A stretch of 64,000 nt of DNA from Octopus bimaculoides. Lineage: Eukaryota. Shown here piece by piece: positions 26,820 to 39,080 of this stretch. Under the pieces are notes generated by a model. That model ran no database searches. It saw nothing but the letters and a program-made list of their open reading frames with translations, and had not been told where the DNA came from. Location: contig NC_068989.1 in the NCBI RefSeq assembly GCF_001194135.2, positions 3,636,006 to 3,700,005 on the forward strand, in the 5' to 3' direction. The stretch's first letter is position 1, and each line of letters begins with the position of its first letter. A program made the translations under genes and the position numbers.

Positions 26820-26960
26820 GTATTATACTGAAGGCTCAGGCCATGAAACACGACATGAAGAGATTGGACCAAGAAAACTGGCCATGAATTAGCCAGAAAT
26901 CTCTGATTCATAGTGAACGATGAAATGTAAAAAAGGTACCCCCGACAACATAGAGCAATT
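26820..26960 (+). mobile_element. Possible RTE-LINE C-terminal remnant
   Basis: Frameshifted GHETR / DWTKK / PPTT* pieces resemble the GHV.R..DRWTK...GRP.TRW motif. Confidence 0.3.
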
Positions 26961-28559
26961 AAATGGAATTCAAGTTTACATCATGGTGAAAACAGATAGC
27001 ATAGATGCTATGTATGTGGCAACACTAACTATCTGAGAGCCTTCTCTTCTCAACAGAGGGTAAGGCAATGGGATACTGGGCCGGACTACCAGGTTGATAG
27101 GGAGAGAGTCTGAGTACATGTTGAACAGTCAAACCTATAAATGGGTTGAAAGAAAGCTATCCTTGGAATATCGGATATAGGTGGCAAACGTATATATTGC
27201 CTCTGTAATTTGTTATAATGTTTTGTCCCATTTTTCTTTTCTCCAAATCAAAGCGTCTGCCTTTTTGCTTCTTGTGCATTCCATTTGTTAGAAGATCCAT
27301 CAACTGTCAACACTCAATGCGCGGAAGCTCAGCAGCGGACATTTCATCGATATGCGCTGAAGATGCCATATCAGCAGAAATTTCAAAACGGAGAGAGGTT
27401 GTCCTGAAACAGTTCTACAATTTTAGCTTGTGCCAAGACAAAGATTAGACGTAGAGCAACTGGAATGTTGCAAGGCATTCACCGACTCTATAAAGGCATT
27501 TTTGGACATCACTACAACACTAACATCTTGATTCTCTTCTCTAATGACGTTTTAAAACTAGTCTCAGCCAACAAACTTGATTGAAACGAATATATGTTCT
27601 TTAGGTTTTTCTTGGCTAGCAGAGAATTCCTGCGCATCCTTTAGGGGAAAAACCAGTATCTTTCATTGTTTTTGATGTTCCTTCTAGCAACTGTTTCGTT
27701 TGCAGAAGTTTTAAATAATCTTGACAGATGCTGTAGGGTTTGTTTTCTTTCCTGGGGAATTACGAGTTTCTGTCTTCTGTTTTCTATACACGTAATAGAT
27801 CTAGGACTGGCATATCATTTCTACTTTGCAGCAGAACCAGTTTTTCTTTCTGATTCCATTCTCATACTGCTTCGCAAAAGAATAAAATATAAGATTTCTT
27901 CTTCAATATTTTCCAGAATATATTGTATCTTATTTGCAAAGAATGAAAAATAAAATGTTTGTCATCCATACTAGCATGAAATATTTTTTTCTTTGAAGGT
28001 TTATCTAACACAAAACAAATTAGCTTGAGAAACTTGTCGCCCCAGATTGTAATTAAAGCAATGAACGTTTAAAGTTTCATTTAAACATTTTAAGAATCTT
28101 CTTTTATGTTTCAATTTTAAACAAATCTAAAACAACTCATTCTTGATATTTTAAATACTTTTTAACAATTTTTATTATAACGAATATTCCGTAACAATCC
28201 TGTTATCCACTTTCTATACAGTTTTGATGGCTCCTGTCTTACACCGGATATTTGCCTTGATGGCTAAAAGATGAAAATCTGAAAATATTCGGAGATACTT
28301 ATTTCGTCATGAAACTCTAGACAAAATTTTGTAAAACAGTTTTATTTTTTCTCTTAAAAATGCTATTACAAACTTGTACAAAACGTATTGCAGCGTTGAG
28401 AGCTAAAAACATATTTAATATTACAATATACATTAATAGCTGGTAGAGACATCGTATTTCGTTTTGTAATCGGGATTTTCTACCAAGTATATTAAAGATT
28501 TATAAGTCAATACTGTACCATACTTTGTTTTAGCAGGGCGTTGTTTTAAGTTTTAATAC

Positions 28560-28765
28560 ATGTTTGTGTGTCTGTGCTTGTTCCCCCCATCATCGCTTGA
28601 CAACCGATGATGGTGTGTTTACATCGCCGTTCGGTAAAAGAGTCCGATAGAATAAGTAGTAGGTTTACGAAGAATAAGTCCTGGGGGCGATTTGTTCGAC
28701 TAAAGGCGGTGCTCCAGCATGGCCGCAGTCAAAATGACTGAAACAAGTACAAAGAATAAAAGAAT
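28560..28765 (+). mobile_element. SINE family A, 3' half
   Basis: catcgcttgacaaccgatg...aaggcggtgctccagcatggccgcagtcaaaatgactgaaacaag. Confidence 0.92.
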
Positions 28766-31067
28766 ATATATATATATGTGTGCATGTGTGTGTGTGTGTG
28801 TGTACGCATACATACACATGCTATGCATGTATGTTTAAGTTGTATTAGTGCAACGAATGTCTTTGTCATACGAATGTAATACACACGCTGGCTTGGGAAT
28901 CCATTTCTCGTGTTACCTACACATTGGAATCCAGTGCGTAATTCCTAAATCCTTTAATTCTAAGCAACAACGACTGGATTCCGGTGTAGGATCTGCAAAA
29001 CCACCAAAGCAGTCAAGCAACACAACGACCTAGATTACAAAAAGAATTCTTCAATTTTATTGATTTATTTAAGCAACAATCACATGGAGCTCGTACGGAT
29101 CTTTTCTACGTAAGGATTGTAAGCATTCTCTCCTTGCTCCTTATGTATGATATATATACATATATATANNNNNNNNNNNNNNNNNNNNNNNNNNNNNNNN
29201 NNNNNNNNNNNNNNNNNNNNNNNNNNNNNNNNNNNNNNNNNNNNNNNNNNNNNNNNNNNNNNNNNNNNNNNNNNNNNNNNNNNNNNNNNNNNNNNNNNNN
29301 NNNNNNNNNNNNNNNNNNNNNNNNNNNNNNNNNNNNNNNNNNNNNNNNNNNNNNNNNNNNNNNNNNNNNNNNNNNNNNNNNNNNNNNNNNNNNNNNNNNN
29401 NNNNNNTATATACAGTGTTTGAGTCTTTTTATAATCGTCTTAAGCAGAGTCTTAGCTGTTCTGAAAAAAACATGGAGAAAATATTTTCTGTTACATGTAG
29501 ATTTATATGGATTTCTGCGTATGTATGTTGTCCTTTCTACATTATGTGCGTTGTATTTGATTTTAGTGAGTCATATGTTTTTTTTTATGATAGAAATATG
29601 TTGCTTTATATTGTTTTTGAATTCATTTGTACTTGTGTTTTATTTGTTTTATTAAAAAAAATATTATTGTACATAATTATATGAAAACTTTGTTTATACA
29701 GTATAAATCTTTTTTAGATGTGCGTTGATGGGTGGGTGTATTCGTGTGTGTGTGTGTGTGCGTGTTCGTGTGCATGTGTGTGTGTGTACGTGTGTGAACG
29801 TATGTGTATGTATTGATCTAGTTTTTAATCTATAAATACTGATACAGAATGGAGCACAATCTCTTTCTCTCTGTATGCTTATATATATACACACGCACAT
29901 ATATATATATATGTGTGTGTGTATGTATATATATATATATACACAGGCACACGCTTATATATACATATACACACATGTATATGTATATATTTATGCGTGT
30001 ATATAGAAAAGAGGGGAAAGAAGAAACGCACTCAACACCAGAGCTGAAGACACCTTCGAAAGGAAGGGCCCCGTCACGTCGAAAACGGTAGAAGAGTAGG
30101 GGCGGAAACCGGACGTGGTTCCTCCCGAGGATGTCTTTAGCCACTGGATGCTATAAACCGACTCGAAACTTCTGAGGGGCCGTGCTCTTGCTAGATAGCC
30201 GTTGAAGCAACACTTGGTTCATCCTTCCTTTCGACAGATTTTGTTTTTAGTGCTGGTGGGAGTTTCTAGCCACTCTCCTCACCAGGCAAGCCTCATGAGG
30301 TGCCGGTTTAATCGATGACGACCCGACCATGCAACGAGTTGTATTGATTTTCGTGTTACTAGTAGCACTTATCAGAGACCTCACAAGTGACCTGACAACA
30401 GCGTAAAACTCGGAAATAATGTTGTACAAAACAATGTTCGATGAAATATGTTCGTTATTTTCATTGATGTCTAGGTGGAGAATTTCTGCAACGGAACATC
30501 TTCACATCGATGCATTCGAACGTGTTAGATATAATTTTACACGAACGAAGTTACACACGAAATTATTGAAAACCTATACACCGTTGATGAGCCTTAAGAA
30601 GAAAAGTGAATCATTTTCAGAAATAAATATTTGCTTTGAAAATATTAGTTGACGAATAAAATCATTGTCTTCCGTTGCATGACTTAATAATTAAGTTTGC
30701 TTTCATTTTCAAGTCATTGCCTAATAATCATATGAACTGCATTTTCTACAAATGAAATATCGCAATAGTTTCTATAATCTGCACCAACAAAATCAGTATT
30801 CAATTTAGACATATTCACTACATTTGTAAGCAATTCACTTTCTAATATATTGGCAGGTTATTGAGAGGCTTCCTTTCGTAGATGAGACTTCAGAAGAATA
30901 AAACCACAAAGCGACTCCAATGTCATTTCCTATAATTGCCAATAAAAATATTATCATTCATTTATTAACATTGCTTTACTTCCACCAAATATTTGAACAT
31001 ATTTTAGCAATGTTATGCTTTAATCATTAAATATAATTTCACTTATGTTACTTGACTCGGTGCAGCC

Positions 31068-31172
31068 ATGGTTGTGCGGCTGAAAAACAGTTCGCTTTGT
31101 AACTGCGTGTTTCCTTGTTCGATCCCACTGTAGCCTCTTGGCTATGTGTCTTCTACATAACCTCAGGTATAG
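31068..31172 (+). mobile_element. SINE family A head, diverged
   Basis: catggttgtgcgg...gttcgatcccactg...tgtcttctac. Confidence 0.6.
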
Positions 31173-32195
31173 GCACACCTTAGAGCAATGTTTGCAGTCA
31201 GGAGAATGTGGAGGACCCGTTATATATATATATCCCTCCTTCCCTCTCTCTTTCAGCTAGAACATTGTATATTTTCTTGTAGAAAGATATTTTCTTGTAG
31301 AAAGACATATACCGTTCTGCTTAAGTAATAACAGACGAAATATAGAGAACGTGTAAGGGGTGGTGGTTACAAGGGCCAAGGGTGATAAGTTGCTGCGCTT
31401 TGGATGTAACAAACAAAAAAAAAACTCTCGCCAGGACGGAATTAAATTGCTTGTAATCTGAGCTACCGGCAGCTACAAGTCCTCTCCTGCCGACATCGAT
31501 AGGGCATTGCATTCTGTATTATACTGGGACTCATTAATGATCGGCAAAGCAATAGAATATTTCTTGTCGGCAGGCAAAGTTGTTGAGTCAGTATTATGTC
31601 AGTTTCGTTGCAGTCGTTATTTGAGTTAACCTTAGCTTCTCGGCTTTCTGTAATCCCAGAAGAAAAGCAGCGTTTAGTGATTCCTTTTCAAGGTGTATCC
31701 TTCAAAGGCTTTAACAACGGTGTGGGAACAGCGATTTACCGCTACGGATTCTTTAGATGTGAAGAAAAACGGCGAAAACGTGACTAAACTCTCAGTCGAA
31801 ACATTTTGTTCCTGAGGGCAGAGAGAAGCGCGTGTTTAAAAGTAAGTGAAATTTTTAAAAAAATGCACACGTAATTTTAAGATAATGATAATTTTTTTTA
31901 ATAATTAATCAAAATATCGATCATTGAACGCTGCGCTTCTTTGGAGCAAACAGAGAGCGAAGCGGCCATCATTAACGAAAGAACAACAGTGGAGGCTTCC
32001 ACTTCATGCTTGCGTCATACTAACATGAGGAATCTCTCCTCTTGCGATGCAGTCTCAACTAATTTTCTCACCACTCAGTAAAAATGCATTTGCGGATTGT
32101 GGATGATTAACAACTCGCTCTCGTATGTGCATCTGTATGTTTCTGGGTCTATCTGTGCATGTTCATGAATTATCGCGTGTGTATGTATATTCTCT

Positions 32196-32487
32196 GTAAG
32201 TCTAGTACTTATTGTATCGGTTTCTTTTGCCGAATCGCTGCGTGACTGGGACGTAAACACATCAGCATCGGTTGTCATGCGAAGGTGGAGGCACAAACAC
32301 AGACACAAATAACACACACATATACGACGGGCTTCTTTCAGTTTCCGTCTAGCAGATCCACTCACAAGGCTTTGGTCGGCTCTAGGTTATAGTAGAAGAC
32401 ACTTGCCCAAGGTGCCTCGCAGTGGGGCTGAACCCGGAATCATGTGGTTGGGAAGCAAGCTTCTTACCACACATTCACTCTTGCACC

Positions 32488-32488
<1 letters not shown>
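32196..32488 (-). mobile_element. SINE family A, 3'-truncated
   Basis: ctagtacttattgtatcgg...acttgcccaaggtgcctcgcagtgggg ctgaacccggaatcatgtgg. Confidence 0.9.
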
Positions 32489-32520
<32 letters not shown>

Positions 32521-33386
32521 GTATGTATGAATGCATACACATACAGAGAGAAATGGATTTGAAATGAGATAATTGTTGAAATTATGTTACATATGTTACA
32601 TATGTTTTCATATGTTTACATATGGTTTCATATTTGCATGTCAATATATTGCATTACAAAACCACACTTGCACGCACACATACACATACGCCTAATACAC
32701 ACACATAGACATCTATTTGCTTTATAGCTCCCTATCTACAGATATGTATATATGTGTATGTATGCTTGTGAATACGTATGCAGGTATACGACAGGGGTTG
32801 CGTGTGACTATACTGGTTGCGCTCTTACACTGTTAAATTCAGACACATCCTCATAGCCCTTCAGTCTAGTTGAATCGGTTACTATTCCATTAACATCTCC
32901 TAAACAGCGTTTGGTTAGTATTGTACATGTTTTTCTAAATTGAAGGCGAACTAAGAGGCATTGAAGTAAGACCAAATTTATTTACTATGTTAGTGAGTGA
33001 GTGGGTTACTAAACACACGAACAAAACGAAAAGATAGGGTCATATCTGAAATTATATCCGATATTATATTGTAAAGGCAGAGAAGAAAAGAAAGCCTATG
33101 AATGGTAGGTTGGATTAAGGCTATTGGCTCTTTCGGTTGTGATTGGTTGGCGTAAGGAGAAGCTGCTGTTAACAAGAATATAGAAATAATAACAGTAGTA
33201 AAATATATATATATAATTTAATGAAAATTGGCCTTTAAGCAGTGATCAATTAGACTGCATTCAAACAGAATGCATAAATGTATTTATATGTGTGTACCAC
33301 ATACATTTACGCATACATACATCTATACATCAACATGTATTGGAAAGTATGTATGTGTGAGAGCGTGTATGTGTGCCTGTGTGTGC

Positions 33387-33440
<54 letters not shown>

Positions 33441-33989
33441 GATATATATATATATATATACACAATCAAACGTACATACATTTGTGTGTATGTGTGTATC
33501 CATCACAAATACAATTGTATATACATACAACACACACACACACACATAAATATGTATAGACATGTACGTATTTCTACGTATACATATGTGTGTCTGTGTG
33601 TCTGTGTGTGCATGTATGCATTATACAGATATACAGACATACATACGTCTAATGTGTGTATACGGACATCATACATACATACATGTACATACATACATAC
33701 ATACAGCCGCCGTACATGTACATGCATACATACTTACATACACACTAGTATCATAATAATAATTTAATAAGAATTGGTCTGCGAATATTGGCCAATCAAT
33801 GTGTATCCAAACAATGAATGCTAGAACTTGGAGGCAAGCTAATAAAATAAGTTTTTAACACCAAAATTGACTCGATTGAGTCAACATTCGAGGCAACCAG
33901 TGTAAATATTAAATATTACATGAATTTTTAGCGCTGCCGATAGATACAACAGATATTTGAAGGTTGCTGAACTTAGCACGAAGGGGTGG

Positions 33990-34650
33990 GTTTATAACGG
34001 TTGTGACGGTGAGGGTGATGAAGGCTGGGGGGTAATTTGTAGCTGTAGTGTTTGTTCGAGGTATTAAGGGTCGAAAGAGTGGTAGCTGGCCGTCGGGATA
34101 GCGGTGAAAGTAGACGTAGATAGGTGTGGTGGTTGTAGCAGATAGTAGTGAAGGGTGCGGTAGAGGTGTTAGCGTTACCGTTGTGGGTGCAGGTTGGTGT
34201 AGGTGAGGTGGTGGAGAGCGATGGCGCTACCGTCAGCGCTGGCGGCGTTGGTGGCGCTGTTGCTAGATACAGTGGTCTTTGGTAAAGCTGGTGGTGCAGT
34301 TAGAGGTTTGAGAAGTGAGTGGCGTTGCTGGAGGTTCTAGCCTTAGTGGTGGAGATGATGGTGAAGGTGTCAGCAGCAGCAGCAGCAGCAATAGTAGTAG
34401 TGGTAGTAGTAATAGTAGAAATGGCGGTGGTGGTCTTGGCCTTGGTGTTGGTCGTCGTGGTGGTGGTAGTAGAAGTAGTGATGGTGGTGGTGGTGGTGGT
34501 AGTAGAAGTAGTGATGGTGGTGGTGGTGGCTGTGTTGGCGGTGGCTGTGTTGGCGGTGTTGTGTTGGCGGTGGTTGTGTTGGTGGTGGTTGTGTTGGTGG
34601 TGGTAGTAGTATTAGTAATAGTAGTAGTAGTAGTAGTAGTGGTAGTAGTA
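33990..34650. repeat. GT-rich degenerate triplet region (GGT/TAG/AGC)
   Basis: Low-complexity triplets with a local duplication of ggtagtagaagtagtgatggtgg. Confidence 0.8.
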
Positions 34651-34706
34651 GGACAGGCAAAGGGTTAAAATAACAGCCACATCTCCCTCAAATTAAACAT
34701 ATTTAA

Positions 34707-34943
34707 CCCTTTGTCTGTCTAAAGCATTTTCATAAATTTGTTTTTACCGCCTGTGCTTGTTTTCAGGTTTTTATGTATCCCTTGTTTCATACGTTCTGTG
34801 TAATACAAAGCTTTTCCTTTCATGAGTCCCAAGTTGTTCTGGTGGTTGGCAAAAACTGGGAGTGATAAGCATCATATGCGACGCATGGATGCCGAGGTGA
34901 CATACCCTGCGGACCACATGTCATACACAGCACAGGCAAAGAG
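34707..34943. mobile_element. piggyBac-type MITE (237 bp)
   Basis: TTAA (34703-34706) | CCCTTTGTCTGT ... ACAGGCAAAGAG | TTAA (34944-34947); TIRs match 10/12. Confidence 0.7.
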
Positions 34944-36126
34944 TTAATGTGGAGTCGAACCATTTTGAGCTGAATATGGTAGAAGGGTGAGTAGATGTGT
35001 TGTCATTCATAGTGTTGGTGTTGGTGTTGGTAGTGTTGGTGGATTTGGTGGTATAGGGAAACGTACTCATGTTGGCCGAGGTGTTGTGTAATTGGAATGT
35101 GTAGTGATGTTGTTTGGTTGTATTGCTATCGGAAGATATAATGATGGGAGGGATTAGTGTTGGACGTAGTTGTGATGTAGGTAATGTTTGTTGTTAAGTG
35201 TTTTTGATACTATACTTATTGTTATTTAACCCGTCACCTATCCCGATCAAACCTGATCAAAACCATACCTACAATCAAAAAGTATTCCAGTCATGACCAT
35301 CCTGTCCATTTACTATGAACAGGAAACCTGAGACCATACTCACTATTGTAGCATTCTCCAAGGTGGTGCAGTATGATTCGAGGAGAATGTGCTTGCTATT
35401 TTTAGCAGATCAGGTAACCAGATACAAGTTTTTTCGTTTTCGTGGGAGTATCACCATGGCAATAAGTGCTATCAGCGATGTTATGCTGCGGTGTTAACGT
35501 TGTTGTTGTCGTTGTTGTTGTTGTGTAATCCAGATCAGCTCGGATCGAACAGTCTCGTTGCACAAAGGTCGTCATTGGAACGACTAGAGGTTGTTGTTAT
35601 CAAATCTAATAATCGATCGGACCTATGATCAACAGCGTTCCAGTATTGACCATCCACTCACTCCAGACAGTTTATCTCAGAATACATTATTTAATAGTTT
35701 AAGCTGGAGTAAACATAATTAACACGCCACATCAAAAATCTAATTAGCAACGCTAACTGCTGTGTGCTGTGCATTAACCAACTCGTCATTGCTGCACTTG
35801 TCCTCGATGCAAATAAATACTTTCCATGGTGCTTTATTTCTTTCTTTGTGTTTTTGTTGGAAACAAAAATTAGATTTCTATTTTTCTAAGATTTATTTTC
35901 TTCGTTATTTTTTTTTTGTTTAGTTATTTTTTCAGGCTGAATTCTATTCCTGTTAAGTTTGGAGTTGATGTGTCACGTTTGAATTCGATCTTATTTTTGG
36001 TGTTGTCGAAGACTAATTGGCTATTCTAGCTGTGTACTTAAAGCTAAACAATGCTACATCAGTATTATTTACATTATTTACATTATTTATATTTGACGGA
36101 TATTTGTCCTCAACTTGTTTGTTGTT

Positions 36127-36172
36127 AACACAACGTTTCGGCTGATATACCCTCCAGCCTTCATCAGGTGTC
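36127..36172 (-). ncRNA. Minimal type I hammerhead ribozyme (left arm)
   Basis: Exact reverse complement of 36580-36625. Confidence 0.85.
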
Positions 36173-36219
36173 TTGGGGAAATTTCAGACCTGGGTTTTCA
36201 TTCCTAAGGTATTTTTCTA

Positions 36220-36319
<100 letters not shown>

Positions 36320-36336
36320 GCTATTATTCAGGTCAC

Positions 36337-36408
36337 GGCATATGGAGTAGTGGTTAAGAGCGCGGGCTACTAACCCCAAGATTCCGATTTCGATTTCAGG
36401 CAGTGACT
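36337..36408 (+). promoter_or_regulatory. tRNA-derived head with Pol III A and B boxes (not a functional tRNA)
   Basis: A box TGGAGTAGTGG 36343-36353 (one mismatch); anticodon-like GGG-CTACTAA-CCC 36364-36376; degenerate B box TTTCGATTTC 36388-36397. Confidence 0.7.
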
Positions 36409-36464
<56 letters not shown>

Positions 36465-36579
36465 AACATCGAAAAATACCTTAGGAATGAGAAACCAGGT
36501 TCGAAATTTNNNNNNNNNNAATAACAAAAACATCGAAAAATACCTTAGGAATGAGAAACCAGGTTCGAAATTTCCACAA

Positions 36580-36625
36580 GACACCTGATGAAGGCTGGAG
36601 GGTATATCAGCCGAAACGTTGTGTT
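36580..36625 (+). ncRNA. Minimal type I hammerhead ribozyme (right arm); predicted cut after 36620 (GUU)
   Basis: Helix I GACAC/GTGTT, CTGATGA 36585-36591, one extra A, helix II GGCTG/CAGCC, GAAA 36613-36616, loop-less helix III CGTT (palindrome AACGTT). Confidence 0.85.
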
Positions 36626-36724
36626 AACCACAAACAAATATCCGTCAAATGTAAATAATGTACATAATTCCTCATCTCTTGAATATAGAACTGATTTATC
36701 AGTATTGTTGTTTGGTATTCATAA

Positions 36725-37900
36725 ATAATGTAACTTATGAAGAGAAAGATTCCGTCAAGCAATTGTTGTAAGAGGGAATTGAGAGTGCAACTGCAAGGGA
36801 TAGGAAAACTGTGATTGCTGATCTAAACAGGAGACCCGGCTTTATGAACGAAGGTATGAAACAGATGATAAATATACATAGATTTGGTGGAGGAGATGCT
36901 AGTGAAAATGGCATAATATTTGATCAGAATGTGTGCAGTCAACAATATTATTATAAGAAGTACCCTCTTTACACCCGAGGATATTCATAAATATGTTTGG
37001 ACATCTCCATAATAATAATTAAAAAAAAATGTCGTAACCAAATAGATAAATGTTTTGATAAATGGGTAATGCATAATATCGTTAGGTATTATGTTAGAAT
37101 ATAGAACATACCGAGGTGACCATCAACTTGCAATTGGGACAATGCAGTTGGGGGATGAAAAAGAAGGGTTTAGAAGCTTTCATACAGGAAAAGATGAACA
37201 TGATAGAATTATATATGAGTTTGTTATTGAATGTCGGAATCGATTTGCCATGTTTGACGTTATAGATGAAGATGATATGGAAATTAACATCGCTTGGAAC
37301 TTATGGCGGTATATTGTCGAAGGTGTTCTAAGTAAAGGAAAGATTAAAAGAAGGAAACGGATTTCGGATGAAACATGGGAAATTATAAAGGCATGAAAGG
37401 AAGAAAAACGGATTCTAGAAAGATGAAGAAAGAATCGGATAAACCTTGGAAATAGATAAATATTGGAGTATCAAGAGAGAGGTGAAAAAGTGTTCAAGAA
37501 GCGATGAAATATGATTCTAGAAAGTTTAAAACTGATGAAACAGATAAATTACTCAGGAAATAGTCGAGGAAACGCGGAAAAAATGTTTATGAAATAGTAA
37601 ATGAGATTATAGGTGAAGAAATTAGAAAGACTGATTCTGTAGAGTTCTGATGATAAACTAATAACATATAGTTTATACATACAAGAATGATACGGAAAAT
37701 ATTTAATGCAGCCATGAATAAAGGCGTTTAATGCAAGAAACGCTGCTAATTGGTGAAGGTTGAGAGGAGTTATGGGTTGCAACACGGTAAATGTCTGTTG
37801 AAGAAAGAGCAAGACATATTGAGCAATTAGGGAAGGGAAAAACTCCCTGGATGGGATGGAATTATAGGAGAAATGCTTCAAACAGATGTTTCTTGGGGCT
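36725..37900 (+). mobile_element. RTE-clade LINE remnant (APE endonuclease to start of RT), heavily decayed
   Basis: VIADLN, ASENG, TLFTPEDIHKYVWTSP, RNQID, DHQLAIG (APE motifs); CRNRFAMF...ISDETWEII; frameshifted GKTPGWDGIIGEML (RT domain 0) near 37830-37880. Confidence 0.85.
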
Positions 37901-38012
37901 AAATAACAGTAACATTCTTCACTTTCCTGCGACTGCCACATTAGGTTGTCAACAAACCATCATTTTATCGCGCTGTTACTGCATAACTCTCTCTGAGAGA
38001 TTTATAAATGTA

Positions 38013-38050
<38 letters not shown>

Positions 38051-38118
38051 TACTAGTAATGGTATGACAACAAAAGAATGAATGAGACCTCAAAATTATG
38101 TAAATAGAGGAATTTATC

Positions 38119-38313
38119 TGTAATATAATATGTGGCAATCATTCGGTTGCAATAATAAAACTCCGAGTTTCGGATGTCGGGACGGAAATCTGCTCCGGCA
38201 TCTCGTCAGATTGCCTTGATAATTGACGAGATGCCGGAGCAGGTTTCCGCCCCGACATCCAAAAATCGGAGTTTTATTATGGCAACCGAATAATTGTCAC
38301 ATATTATATTACA
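38119..38313. repeat. 90-bp inverted repeat (PLE pseudo-LTR-like) with hammerhead motifs
   Basis: 38119-38208 is the reverse complement of 38224-38313 with a few mismatches; 15-nt spacer. Confidence 0.9.
38153..38215 (-). ncRNA. Minimal type I hammerhead-like motif (intact core boxes, imperfect helices)
   Basis: Minus strand CTGACGA (38209-38203), GATGCCGG/CCGACATC helix II offset by one nt, GAAAC, near-palindromic ACTC-G-GAGT helix III, GUU triplet; the plus-arm copy has TGATAA/TTATTA helix I but a mutated core. Confidence 0.55.
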
Positions 38314-38470
38314 TACACACACACACATATATATATATATAGTTGAAAATATGTGGAAAAAAATATAAAAAGTGGAAGAGAAATGCCTTCGTTTCATATA
38401 ATCTAATATCTTTTTATAAATATATACGTTTTATATGGATGTGAAATCCGACCGGTTTTCGCTATTCAAA

Positions 38471-38968
38471 TTAGCTTTTCAAAGGACATTGTACAGTAAT
38501 CCGTTCTCGTGACAGAGGGGTCTCGTCATTTTGGATGTTTGAAGAATAAGCAGAATGAGTATAGAGATTGAACCAAGGGAAACAACAGGGGGCAAAGGGG
38601 ACAACTGGCTCCTTGGTATACTTTTTAAAATGGTCAAATATGTATATTGAAGTGTGGTCTGTAAACTGGATGTTGGGGTTTATATTGTTCAGTGTGGATT
38701 TGAAATCCAGAAGTTTATCATAGGTTTCATTCAAGATGATAAAACAATCGTCTAGGTACCTTTTCGAGTTTTCTCTTATACACTGGTGGAATGAGGCTCC
38801 AAATTTTCGGAGCGAAAGTTCATATAGGGTAGATTCAAAGAAACCCATTATTAGGTTCGCAAGGACAGGCGCTGCTTTCGTTCCCATCGCAATACCGCAT
38901 TTTTGGCGATAGTATGTTGTATCGAAAAGGAAATAATTGTTTTGTATATACAAGTAGCGATGCCACAT
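38471..38968 (-). mobile_element. Penelope-like RT fragment (motifs 4-7 open)
   Basis: NNYFLFDTTYYRQKCGIAMGTKAAPVLANLIMGFFE...KRYLDDCFII...LNNINPNIQFT/TD...F. Confidence 0.92.
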
Positions 38969-38991
38969 AATGTAGAATCAACAACTTTTCT

Positions 38992-39080
38992 TCACGTGTC
39001 GCTTCTATAATGATTTATAAGATCTGCCTCAGTGAGACAGACACGCCCACACTCGTTACAAGCTAAATTGGGCGTGCGCC
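38992..39080 (-). mobile_element. RTE-type C-terminal zinc-finger remnant (or a decayed C2H2 finger)
   Basis: LACNECGRVCLTEADLINHYRSD* = C-x2-C-x12-H-x3-(H>D) directly before a stop. Confidence 0.5.

Noticed and set aside
27357-27390. CTGAAGA-TGC..GCA-GAAA hammerhead-like string
   Set aside because: No valid helix III/NUH arrangement and no helix I.
30044-30105. CTGAAGA...GAAA in the GC island
   Set aside because: No helix II closing pair adjacent to either GAAA.
36337-36408. Functional tRNA (Ser-like anticodon loop)
   Set aside because: Broken T-arm, no proper acceptor stem (the apparent GGTCAC/GTGACT pairing comes from the inverted arm), and it is embedded in a repeat; treated as a SINE-type head.
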